The position numbers and the translations under genes are program-made. Positions 10,621 through 22,734 of a stretch of DNA of 64,000 nucleotides are shown in pieces. This DNA comes from Botryllus schlosseri (Eukaryota): the NCBI GenBank assembly GCA_051294905.1, contig CM119371.1, forward strand, positions 1,986,001 to 2,050,000. Direction: 5' to 3'. The notes beneath the pieces were generated by a model. The model made no database searches. It was not told where the DNA came from and saw only the letters and a list, made by a program, of their open reading frames with translations. Each line of letters starts with the position of its first letter. The stretch's first letter is position 1.

Positions 10621-13600
10621 ATCGAGTTATCGAATGATTTTTTCCTTACATCAAAACAACTAGAATGCGTAACTACAATAAAAACGTTTCTAAATAAGCT
10701 CCAGGGCATTGTGATTATGCAGCATACCAAATTTCATCACACATTTCATGATGGAACCACTTTAAAACTAACGCAGTTCTATAGCAACATTTGCCTAAAT
10801 CTGTTTTCGGTAGCGTGTACATATACATAGTCGATCGTGACTTGATTATTAAATTATGACATTATTAGACCAGGGTTGTGTTGAAGGTTATTACGATACA
10901 AACAAACTTTTCAGAAACATTGTTATAAACATATCGATTTGTAAAACTATATTAACATGTCTGAAATGTTTTGATTGGGAAGATTAAGTCGTGTTCGTAA
11001 AAACCACGCAGCGTATTGTCGATATCAGGAAATATTTTATAAACGTAATTGTCTCCAGTAACCAAGACTAAAGATGAAACAACAATTTCCTTTGTTGAAC
11101 AATAACCGGTACAATACTTTATCATCGTAATCTGCGGTGAGAATTGACACACTTTCGCACATTACCCGGTGTCAAGATATCACACTAGGTGAATTGATAT
11201 ACCGCCGCTTGATTAATATCTAATCCGTTCGCACCATTTCACATACTTTGATCATTACAAAAGTAAATTTAAATATGTTTGCTATATGCATTCAATTCAG
11301 TTAGAAATGTCTGGTGCACAACAATCGTGATATCAAGGAAGTAGTTGCTACACTGTCATTCACTTAACGTGTTTTGCATTGTTGTTCATTTGTAGTATTG
11401 ATTGAAATTGTTTTTGAACCGCCAAATAATAATTCCCGACATGAAACCAAGTCGCTGAAAGTCGTTACCATCACAACGAAACAATTTGTATAATGTCTGC
11501 CGAATGTATCCTAGAGTTAGGTGTACTAGAATTATTTGTCTAACACATACACCGACAATACAATCGAAAATTTTAGCGTTGTCATTCACTAAAGTAAATG
11601 TCATCACAATACTCTACCACTAAAAGACGTTACTTACATGTGATTGAATCCCTAACAATTACCTCACTATTCCAAAGAAATTTTACTCACTCGATGGATA
11701 TGAAACAGCGTCGCTTAATCGGTCTATATCGTTTTTTCTAAAGGTAAATCATATCCATCCAATAGAAAACAATTTTCACTAGCTTGGTAATGAAACCGAA
11801 GTCTTCATTCAATATTTTGTTTGTGTCAAATACTTTGCAATAAACACACTGGAGTGGTTGAGCTTTACATCATCAGGTTGTAATCTGTAAATCAAGCTTA
11901 CATCCGATTTGTAACTGTATTGTTTACCTAACCGAGTTGTATGCACAGTTTGATATTTTTGTCATTTAGTGATTGTTGAACATACCACTTCGAAATACTG
12001 CGTTGATCATAATTTCCATCATCATGATAAGCGAAGTACATTTCTTTTGAATTCATAACCATCGGTTTTTCTATGACATGATAAATTATTGACAAGTTCT
12101 GGTTAGAAGATTGGCTGCATATCACGAAAAATAATATACCACTCATATTGAGATACTGTTACTCCATTCATCGGTATTTTTTCCGTTTTCGATTTTCAAA
12201 CGAGTAAAATTTATTACTTGAGTTTCTCCGCCTAATCTAAATGTAAACTCGCCCGTCTTTCAACAACAAACAATGTTAAAAAAGTATGCAATCAAACACA
12301 ACAAGTTTTACTGTAGGACACTAATTCTTATCCCACATCCCACAACCCATTTCTTACCGAAGACATATGAAATATATTCATGTTACACGAAAATATTCGC
12401 TATTCCCATGCTACAAACCCGTACAATGATTGGTGGTGCTTTCAAAATGTTTTGATACCTCAAGAACTTTATTGTCTCAATGGATGTTCATGTATCTTAA
12501 TAATCAAATAGTTCAACACAGAACTAGTACGAACAGAAACACCAGAGTTGTTTACACAAAAGTTTATATGTGTACACTATGTGAATACCGTGTGTAAATC
12601 CAGCACAATTGTGGTATCCACCCGAGTTTAGTAAACACAATTTATGACACCGAGTCGCGTCATCTTTCATAAGACAACAAACCAAGGCTTCAGGATATGT
12701 CCATGTCATAGCAATAAATCAGCTACTCCAACAACATAGTGCATATGTTTTCTAGTTACGATGCTTACATCTTACACACAAATCAATCTACTTTGCTAAC
12801 GAAAAGTGGTGAGTCATCATATGGTTGTCCTCACAACAATACAACTAAACATACTATCATACAAAATGTTCGTTATAGTTTGCACACCAATGATACATCG
12901 TACAAGTAACAAGTCTCGAGAATCCAGTTATTCAAAAAACGTGAAAGTATTTCTACGCCAAGTCGTTATGTTGACGAAAGCGTATATTGTAATATCATGA
13001 TCGATTTGCATTCGTTGGTCACAAACTGTCACTACTCTAAATAATTCTTTTTCACTCAAACACAAAAGTATACTTGTCACCATTCGTTTCATCAAGCGCG
13101 AGTTCAAGAAACTTACTTACTGCGACATGAATTGCTAATTTTATGTTGTGTAAATAGGTAATAATTAATTTTAGTAACACTATATCAACATCATCTAGTT
13201 GTGCGAATAGATTTACATGTGGTCTTGTGGTTTTAATCGAAGTACACAGCACGGTCTAATGTAGAGTCATCTCTATTGTACAGCAACTCGGTCATCGGAA
13301 TGTATGCATTAAAATTTAAACAACGATCTTGTTTCGTCACGCGAAAAATATGTTCACTATCGCGATACTCTACACAAGATGTGCAAATCCTTTTCACACT
13401 CGTAATAGTATACCAACGACTACCGGCGACAACGTTTACCAACGACACTAAACATACGATACCTACTCAAGTAAAATTTCCATTTTCACCTGGAGGTCAG
13501 TCGTTACCCGAGTAAAAATACCATTTTTCTTTGGAGATCTGGCGTTTACCCAGTGTAAAAATACATTTTCTCTTGGTTATCTAGCTTTTCCTAGAATAAC

Positions 13601-14446
13601 AAAACCATTTTCATTATAAAATCTGACAAACACACCTGACAATTGGGTATTTGTTGTATTGACGATAGTTTGAAATAGATTACAACGAACAGTGACGGAA
13701 ATATACACAGACCCCCGGTTTCAGAGTATACCCCCATCAGTCGTATCACATCAATATCATCGGTGAACCACATACAATATACTCTTGTACACAGAAATGT
13801 GTGTTTTGGAAATTGGACAATAGTTTTCGACATGTCCACGATGTCCAGGTTCGCGCTTTAGGTTTTCCAGAGTCAAAGTGTCTGAATAAAACACCGCCTC
13901 GACTTGGGTAAATGTTTGGCGCACAGATAACAGCGGTCGGAAATCGAGGAATTTATGTTTCCGTCGGGTTAACAACACCGGGTTAATTGTGTTTACTATG
14001 TTGTGTCGCTCTTTATTGACCGACACATACAGCCCCATGCAGTTTGTAATCGGAAACCCCGAGAAAGTGTTAACCGGATCCGGATATCAACTCTGAATCG
14101 ATAAACCACACGCCACAACCTGTGTCTCTATGAAAATAACAAGACATCACGCAAATAAAGTATACTTCGTGATTATTTACCCACACATCGTGATTTAGCT
14201 GAATATGTAGTTTAGAAATTCTGTTTATTAATGTGTATCAAAATCATCGTCTTCTTTGTACGGCGTTACTGTGTGTCTCATCCTCGTGGATTCGTGTTAA
14301 ATTGGACTGAAGCTTGATTTACACGGGACCGATCCTGCGACAACGGATTATGTGTGTCCAGCTACTTACCGAGGCTATACATAAAAGTGAAGCCGATTTC
14401 CCTGATCCTGCCATCAATCCGTAATATCTGACCACTGCATAGGGAC
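10070..14446. repeat. Left arm (~4.4 kb) of a large inverted repeat
   Basis: The ORF track mirrors exactly (coordinate sum 36197) with 22159..26127; 14031..14446 is the reverse complement of 16099..16529. Confidence 0.97.
13463..13590. repeat. Three degenerate ~41-bp tandem units (mirrored at ~22607..22734)
   Basis: tactcaagtaaaatttccatttt / tacccgagtaaaaataccatttt / tacccagtgtaaaaatacatttt, each followed by a tggagatc-like motif. Confidence 0.65.
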
Positions 14447-14501
14447 TGAAAGACACAAACAACATTTCTTTATTTTTTTCACACAATTTAATGATCACAT
14501 T

Positions 14502-15185
14502 TTACATCATTACACTGACATGGCTAGCTACATGTCTTGCGAGTCCATTTTTTCGCCTAAATCTTTTCGCACAAATATGGCATTCGTAGACTCTGATGTC
14601 AGCGTGAATATCCAAATGCGACTTTAATTGGGTCTTTAGATGAAAATCTTTTCCACAGATCGGACATTTGTGGTCTTTCTCATCTTTATGGATACCCATG
14701 TGTCGTCTGAGCGAGCCTTCTCGACCGAACTCTTTCCCGCAAATTTCGCACTTATGAAGCCTGGCGTTGACATGTGCATTCATGTGATCCTTTAAACGAT
14801 GGGATTGAGTAAATGCTTTTCCACACACCCAACATTTGTGTTTTTTAATGACAAAGTGAGTAGCCACGTGGTTGGTGAGGTCTATTTGTCGCGTGAATAC
14901 CTTACCGCAAATTTGGCACTCGTGGTTTTTATCGGTAGAGTGAAAAGCTTCGTGGGTTTTTAGATTATCTTTCCGGATAAATCTTTTTCCACAAATTTGA
15001 CACTCATAGTTTTTAGCACCGAGGTGGCCGCGTTTGTGTCTCATAAAACTACTTCTCCGGATAAAACTTTCGCCACAAATACAGCAGTGATGATTCTTTA
15101 CACCTGCGTGTGCATCCATGTGGACATTCAAATTATGCTTCGAAGCCAATTCTTTTCCACAGATCAAGCATGTAAACGGATTCAT
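14502..15185 (-). CDS. C2H2 zinc-finger protein, 8 tandem fingers (227 aa from the ATG at 15185; may have upstream exons)
   Basis: Eight CxxC-x12-HxxxH units with no stops; a tttttag acceptor just upstream of the ATG; AATAAA on the minus strand at 14469-14474. Confidence 0.92.
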   Translation of the reverse strand: MNPFTCLICGKELASKHNLNVHMDAHAGVKNHHCCICGESFIRRSSFMRHKRGHLGAKNYECQICGKRFIRKDNLKTHEAFHSTDKNHECQICGKVFTRQIDLTNHVATHFVIKKHKCWVCGKAFTQSHRLKDHMNAHVNARLHKCEICGKEFGREGSLRRHMGIHKDEKDHKCPICGKDFHLKTQLKSHLDIHADIRVYECHICAKRFRRKNGLARHVASHVSVMM

Positions 15186-16529
15186 GGTTAACTTGCACAC
15201 TAAAAATAGTTCCTGAATACGACAAAAATGTTAAGCAACTCAGAACTGATGAATAATCGCGAAGTAATCTTATAACATTTCGGTTATATCATTACGATTC
15301 TTAATTTATTGATTTGAACCGGTGAGTCTTGGATTCGAGCGCGCCCCGCGGGGTCAATTGCACCCCACCGAGTGGTTCCGAGGGTCGCACGAAAGACTGC
15401 TTGAATTTTAAATACCAAACCCTCTTTTAGTGTTGATACGTGAACTAAAACCATACGATGTATAAGCCAGACCGGGAATTCGTTTACTACCAAAGCTTCG
15501 TCATCAACATATTCCACGATTACACAGTCTATACATACCTCACATGTCTAATCCGGATTAAAACTAAAGTCAATATATCAAGTTTATCGTTAGAATTAAA
15601 GCCACAACATGTCACCGAACTTTATTTGGTACAATTTTCACATTATACATTATGCGATCTGTGGTTCAAATTGTTACGCGATGTCTTCGAAATCTATAAT
15701 TCATAAAACAAGTTAACCAATTCTCATGCTTTTTTCTATGAATATACCACCACCCATAAAAGGGTATAAAAAACAAGAAAACCGATAGTCGGAATTCAGG
15801 AAGACACCGTAATTGCATCCACTGATCAAATTAACTACACCGGATATTCTAAAATTTCTGTCTCAATCCGTAAATATATTTCCGCTCCGCATTTGGTCCG
15901 TGAAGAGAAATTATTGCTGTTGTATAGTAACTATTGTGTACTTACACCCTGAACCGATTCTTAAACTGACACAATGCGTCCGAGTTCTTGAATTCTATAG
16001 ACCTAGTTTTCGAAAAAAATAAGTTCCTCTCGTACATTTTACCGGGAAATGCCCCACTGATTCGTTGGACACACACATGATCCATTGTCGCGGCATCCGT
16101 CCCTATGCAGTGGTCAGATATTGACGTACAGCAGATTACGGATTGATGGCAGGATCAGGGAAATCGGCTTCACTTTTATGTATAGCCTCGGTAAGTAGCT
16201 GGACACACATAATCCGTTGTCGCAGGATCGGTCCCGTGTAAATCAAGCTTCAGTCCAATTTAACACGAATCCACGAGGATGAGACACACAGTAACGCCGT
16301 ACAAAGAAGACGATGATTTTGATACACATTAATAAACAGAATTTCTAAACTACATATTCAGCTAAATCACGATGTGTGGGTAAATAATCACGAAGTATAC
16401 TTGATTTGCGTGATGTCTTGTTATTTTCATAGAGACACAGGTTGTGGCGTGTGGTTTATCGATTCAGAGTTGATATCCGGATCCGGTTAACACTTTCTCG
16501 AGGTTTCCGATTTCAAACTGCATGGGGCT

Positions 16530-18137
16530 TAGGGTTGTCCATAATTTGGAAAATCTCAAAATTTATGCGTATCCATGTCTCATTCTATAGATTATAGTTA
16601 AAAAACGTCAATGAACCTGCAATAAGCTCACGGGAAAGTCGTTAACATTTGTCTAAATGCGTTTGAAAGTAGCTGCCGTAGAGTGGGCGTGTTTGCGACC
16701 ATAGAACGGCAAGCAGACTAGTAATCACGAAATCACGGCGTTTGATTAGCTAATCTGCTACGCTTCAATGATCACGACATTGGTGGCTTGTTGATCAGCT
16801 GGTAAAGGAATCGGCTAACGGCGGTGATTCTGTAAGCGCATTGTAGGTTGGTCCGCCAGTCATTATTTAGGATTAATTCAGAACATGTTGAGTAACGAAA
16901 CACATGATGAACAAAGAACAGCTGCTTCACAATATCTTTAAATACATGACATGATGGCGTATTGTGAATGTAACCGTTGTAGCCTGTATGCCTTGATTTC
17001 ATTGATGGAAAGCACAAAAACAAGCGGAAAAATATTGCAAAGGCGCTTATGCAAGTGGCAAACGAATTTCTAGTTTCAGAGGAGATGTATCATCATTGAA
17101 TACAAATATAAAGCTTGACATTGACACTACTTTGTCTGATCTTATTAGGCTGTTGTCGTGGTGAAGTCTTGAATGCTGTAAGGGCTGGATTAATCTGTCA
17201 TTTATGCTTGGCACTTGTCAGATTATTGCAGCATAATGAATCATACCCGCAAGTGCTGTCAAAGTCTTCAATGATGCCGCGAAAAGAGGTCTAAAGATGA
17301 GCACAGACTATGCTGGTAGGACCAGCAAAAAGACAGTTTGCTTGCATTGCTTAGCATGTCCTTAATGAATCTAAGATCATTACCGGCTGCATGACGACTA
17401 ATGCTTGAATCAAACCAGACATGGACATAAAAATGATGTATTGAAGCGGTGTGGTAGTTACACTCTTCTTCAGAAATCCAATGTAAGCTACCTGGTCGGC
17501 CCACATATCTTCTGAGCATACAGGATTGTGTCCAGAATCCATATCACATGGTATGCTGCACCAGTTTGGCGATGTCTAATGTACCTTACCTGCACCCAGA
17601 AAAACAGGACCACTTGGTGTAATCTCAAGCATATCAGATATGTAGGCTATTTCTGGTATCCATACATACTTCTATAAGTTCACAACCATTCGCTGTTTCA
17701 CCTCTGTCATGCCTGCAATGGGTTATTGTTGCACTAAAGCTATCGGTACTTAGTTTTAACACTAAAACATTCAATGACCAGATGTCTCAGTTTATTATTA
17801 AATCACCAACATACAATGCGCTTACAGAATCATTGCCGTTAGCGAACTTCTTGAACTAGTATAAGCACATAATCAGCAAGCCGCTGTGGTCGTGACCATT
17901 CAAGCATAGCTGATTAACCAATGAAGAGACATGATTTCGTGATTACTAGTCTTCTCGCCGTTCTATGGTCGCTAACACGCCCACTCTAAGGCAGCTACTT
18001 TCAAACTCATTTAGACAAATGTTAACGACTTTCTTATGAGCTTATTGCAGGTTCATTGATGTTTTTTATCAATAATCTACAGAATGAGACATGGATACGC
18101 ATCTTTGTTGAGATTTTCCAAATTATGGACAACCCTA
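16530..18137. mobile_element. Internally deleted hATm-type element A
   Basis: ~200-bp imperfect TIRs starting tagggttgtccataatttggaaaatctc; transposase fragments RHAAGNDLRFIKDML and NDAAKRGLKMSTDYA. Confidence 0.85.
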
Positions 18138-18713
18138 GTATGTACATGCAAGTTCCCTAGTCCCACTTATTACTCGTTTCGCGCAGTGTGCTTACAATAT
18201 TATGAATTAATTAATTAGCTAGAGCAACAGTATATATATTATTTATCGCCTATATTTAAATTCGCTCATTTCATTTCAGATCAAACTGCCGACATTGCAT
18301 ACGCAATTTACGCTCGGAAAATTTCACATTTCTATCACAACTATCGCGCTATGCACTTCACCTGATGATGCAGGTGAGTTAGGCTACATTTCCGTATAGA
18401 TTTGCATTATGCCGATTTTACAAGTCCATAAGCTGCTGCTTTTAGATATGTGATTTTAATAGCTAGTGCACTGATGCTTTTCCGATAGTGAATAAAATCT
18501 ATAGCTAAACCTATGTCTATGCTATAATTTATCTCCCATTTTAAAACGCTATGCCACCGTGGCTTGAAGCTATATCTTAACATTTCAGATCAGCGACAAG
18601 CACTTCCATCTAGCACTAATACCTTGCTTGTTGCGGTTTTATAACTATAAATCTCATTTCCACTAAAATTTCAACGAACTGCGCTCGCATAAAGAAATTA
18701 AGTTCATGAAGGG

Positions 18714-21700
18714 TAGGGTTGTTCAAAATTTGGAAAATGTTTGGAATTCTGCGTGTCCATCGCTTATTCTGTAGATTATTGTTAAAAAACAATAATGGGC
18801 TTGAAAGAAGCTCGCAGGAAAGCCGGTAATATTTGTCTAAATGTGTTTGAAAGTAGCCGTCGGCGAGTGGGCGGGGAATCGATGAAGTGGGCGGGCAAAG
18901 AGAAGCCATTAATCCTGATTGGTTGAAGCCGGTAATAATAAGCTAATGATTGGCTGAAAGACCGACTTTGTGAACACTGCTGGTAACGATTTTTGCGTGC
19001 TGTTGTGCAGTCGTTTCTGTTGGTGGCATTACAGATATGATATATTGCCTTTCTTAATGTTGTCATCAAGAGTCCATAGTACAACATCGCAACCGCCTAA
19101 GTTAATATCTACCTGCAGAAAGTGCTATGTATTGCACAGATGCTCTCGCTAGTTGAGATACGAATAAACTAGATGCATGTATCTTGCTACCTTCAACCTT
19201 TCCAAAAGATACTGACAGTGAGTGAAACTCAAAAATTTACCACCAGGAGTCAACAACTCGGTAGTACTTGTTATGACTGGTCGACGTCTCACCCATAAAC
19301 GAACACATATTACACTTTATATTCACATTTGAATGAAGGCGAAAAGCACTATTTACAAAATACATTAAAAAAGTACGTTGCAGATCAGTGTTGCATTGTC
19401 AGGCACAAGTTGCAGATTACAGGCTTTTGATTAGAGTTGACTTCCTGCTGTCTCCAACTGTCTTCCTATGCTGTTCTACAGCTTGAAGCAGACTGTCTCT
19501 TTGTCGTTCATTGTCAGTCAAGATTGCAGCACAGTCTGTGCTTAGCTTTACACCTCGTTCTGCGGCATCATTAACGACTTTGACAGAACTGATGTAGGAG
19601 CTCATTCTGGTGTAGGAATCTGATAAGTGCCAAACATCAACCGGTTGAGCTAGCCACGCCCCAGAGCATTCAAAAACATCAAATATGTACCAATGTGGCC
19701 CAATAAAATCAGACAAAGTAGTGTCCTTGTTGATGTGTACAGTTGCATTCAACGAGGGCGGGCCTCTCCTGAAACTTGAAGTTCGCTCTACCTGCAGGAG
19801 CGTCTTTGCCATATTTTCCCGGGTTTCATTGCTTTCACTCGGCGAAAACAAGGCATATACAGCGGTTTCCTCCACGATATACCAGTCATGCTTTAAAAGC
19901 TTTTGTGAAGCAGCTTTGGAAACTTGTTCATCATGTTCCTTGTAACTCAACATGTCCTGGATGAATCTCAAGTCGTTACCGGCTGCATCACGACCGATTC
20001 TGGAAGCAACCCAGGCAGGGATATAAAAGAGAACTAAAAATAAATTGAAGCGATGCAGCAGTTCCACTTCTTCAGATTTGTAATGTAACTGATCAGCCCA
20101 CATGAACATCTTCTGAGCATACAGAATTGTGCCCATCCACCTTGCATGGTGTGTTGCACCAGGTTTGTGATGATTTATATCTCCATCTGCACCGAGAAGA
20201 GCAAGAGCATTAGTCACACATTGTTTGTAGTCATCCCGTGTGAAGAAATCTTTTCTGGCGAGTAGTAGCTTGAAGTTCTCAACTGTCATTGCTGCTCGTT
20301 CTTTAAAGCATATAGGAATAGTAAGAGTCTTGAATTGCTGTTTTCTGTCAAGACTGCTCCAGCTCTTCTTAAGGTGGGCAAACCATGTGTTCTCTGGTCC
20401 GGTTGTTGCTTTTCCAAATAAACATTTCCAGACGTCTTTGACTACTAGCTCATACACATGGTGCGGACACGCATGGTAAAAAACCTACTTTTCTAGAAGG
20501 TCCTCAAGGATCTTCGCTGCACCCTTCTTCCAGCCGCTGTTGCTTGCTGTGGTGTCAAAAACCAAAGCTGTTACAGCATCTTGTATATCCCACTTTTTAA
20601 TTATGTCGAAAGTAGTTTCAGCTTGTGTCTGACCTGCCGCATTTTGTATCTTCTGAATTCCAAGTAGTTTTCCTTCCGAGTATTGAGGTTGACAAGATAG
20701 AACAATTGACAAAGCTTCATATCGATTTCCTAATCTATCCTCTGTGAGCTTTCCATCCCAATGAATGGCAACATGCTGTGGTCTATTTTCGGCAAATTTT
20801 TCCAAAATGCCCTGAGCTATTTCCAGGCGATTTGTTTCCCCTGGCTCTCTTCGTTGAAGATCTTGACAGGGAGAACATGGCTATATCTCCTCCACAAGCC
20901 TTAAAAATGCTCCCATCAGCATCATTGCATCGTTGTCAGTTACTTGCAATCGATCCAGAGCTTGGGACACATGCGTATTTTTCATTATATTTTTAGGTGC
21001 CATCAGTTTAATGGATTGGGTCGAGGTGCCAAGTCCAACATCAGCATCATAGTCAGAACTTGAACTCAAACTGTCACCCTCTTTTGAAGATGACGATGAT
21101 GCTAAAACAACATAGTCACAACTTGAGTCGTGTGAAACGTTTTCAACAGTTTGATCTGCAATGGCTGCTGTTTTCTTTTTGAGGTCTTTAGCCAGAATTT
21201 TGTCTCTTCCCAACATTATTGACTGGCGAGATTGCCGTTGATCTTCATAAAATGCAATGTCTTCAAGCTTTCTTTCATGTGATAGATAAATGTCATTTTT
21301 TATTGTTGTTATGGCATCTCTACTTCCAATATCCCACAGCTTGTCCAAATCATCAGTGAATTTTCTCCTCTTACCCTTGGGATCACTTTCCTGTTTCGGA
21401 TTCTTCTTCAGATCACGCCATCTTTCGTGCAGGTTTTGAAGTGATCGCACCACATGTGATTTCTGCATTGTCGCAATTCTCGCCATTTTCCACACTGTCA
21501 TTACATCATCCACCACCACAGTACATAGTTCATGAGTAGGGGTTGACTGAGGACAATGCTCTTTCAGATGCAGCAAGTAACTCATTACTTCTCGTATAGT
21601 AGGTAATCTCGAGCCACAGATGTAATCGCAAGTATATCCGACCAAGTACTGCTCAGATCTTGTTCTTCGCTGCGGCATGTGTGCACTGTGCAATCTTTCG

Positions 21701-22158
21701 CCGTTTTGCCTCTGCCATGACTGCACTATTGTTGCTCCAAAGCATAAACTACTGCTATCGACTCTGAAGCATTCAAAGAACACGTGTTACCGTACTACTA
21801 ATGACTCATCAACCCACAACGCGCTTGTACAGAACCACAACCGCTACTAACAGACTCTACTTCAGCAAAACAGACTTTCAATTTAGTAAAGCGAAGCTCC
21901 CGAATCCCAGTCAGCTGTTGCAGTAATCAGTGAAGCTTAGCCGATTACCCAATCAAGAACCGTGGTTTTGTGATTGCCCGCCTCTGCTGTCGGTTGCCCG
22001 CCCACTCTTCAACAACGACTTTCAAACGCATTTAGACAAATGTTAGCGGCTTTCCTGGGAGCTTCTTTCAAGCCCATTATTGTTTTTTAACAATAATCTA
22101 CAGAATAAGCGATGGACACGCAGAATTCCAAACATTTTCCAAATTTTGAACAACCCTA
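18714..22158 (-). mobile_element. Full-length hATm-type element B
   Basis: ~140-bp TIRs starting tagggttgttcaaaatttggaaaatg around a near-complete transposase gene. Confidence 0.88.
19417..21678 (-). pseudogene. hATm-type transposase (~750 codons) with frameshift(s) near 20800-20900 and an in-frame TAG at 20485-20487
   Basis: Motifs HWDGK, FDTTASNSG, ACPHH, HHARWM and VVNDAAERGVKL across ORFs 20881..21783, 20485..20805 and 19417..20457. Confidence 0.85.
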
Positions 22159-22166
22159 ATGGGGCT

Positions 22167-22610
22167 GTATGTGTTTGTCAATAAAGAGCGACACAACATA
22201 GTAAACACAAGTAACCCGGTGTTGTTAACCCGATGGAAACGTAAATTCCTCGATTTCCGACCGCTATTATCTGTGCGCCAAACATTTACCCAAGTCGAGG
22301 CGGTGTTTTATTCAGAAACTTTGACTCTGGAAAACCTAAAGCGCGAACCTGGACATCGTGGACATGTCGAAAACTATTGTCTAATTTCTAAAATACACAT
22401 TTCGGTGTACAAGAGTATATTGCATGTGGTTAACCGATGATATTGATGTGATACGACTGATGGGGGTATACTCTGAAACCGGTGGTCTGTGTATATTTCC
22501 GTCACTGTTCGTTGTAATCTATTTCAAACTATCGTCAATACAACAAATACCCAATTGTCAGGTGTGTTTGTCAGATTTTATAATGAAAATGGTTTTGTTA
22601 TTCTAGGAAA
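22167..22610 (+). pseudogene. Polinton A32-like packaging ATPase remnant (5' part near 16430..16529; mirror copy ~13590..14110 on minus)
   Basis: Walker B-like (F/L)TDDI near 22430, TVRCNL (RxN) at 22504 and FYNENGFVIL at 22576, in shifting frames. Confidence 0.5.
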
Positions 22611-22734
22611 AGCTAGATAACCAAGAGAAAATGTATTTTTACACTGGGTAAACGCCAGATCTCCAAAGAAAAATGGTATTTTTACTCGGGTAACGACTGA
22701 CCTCCAGGTGAAAATGGAAATTTTACTTGAGTAG

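Larger units (their letters stand above)
16530..22158. mobile_element. Composite transposon: hATm element A + 576-bp spacer + hATm element B
   Basis: TSD atggggct only at the outer ends (16522-16529 and 22159-22166); inner flanks gtatgtac and atgaaggg do not match; the left arm shows the empty site agccccat at 14031-14038. Confidence 0.9.

Noticed and set aside
10606..14038. Short mirrored ORFs as real conserved genes
   Set aside because: Their identity reflects DNA duplication; they are fragments or off-frame readings of decayed Polinton genes.
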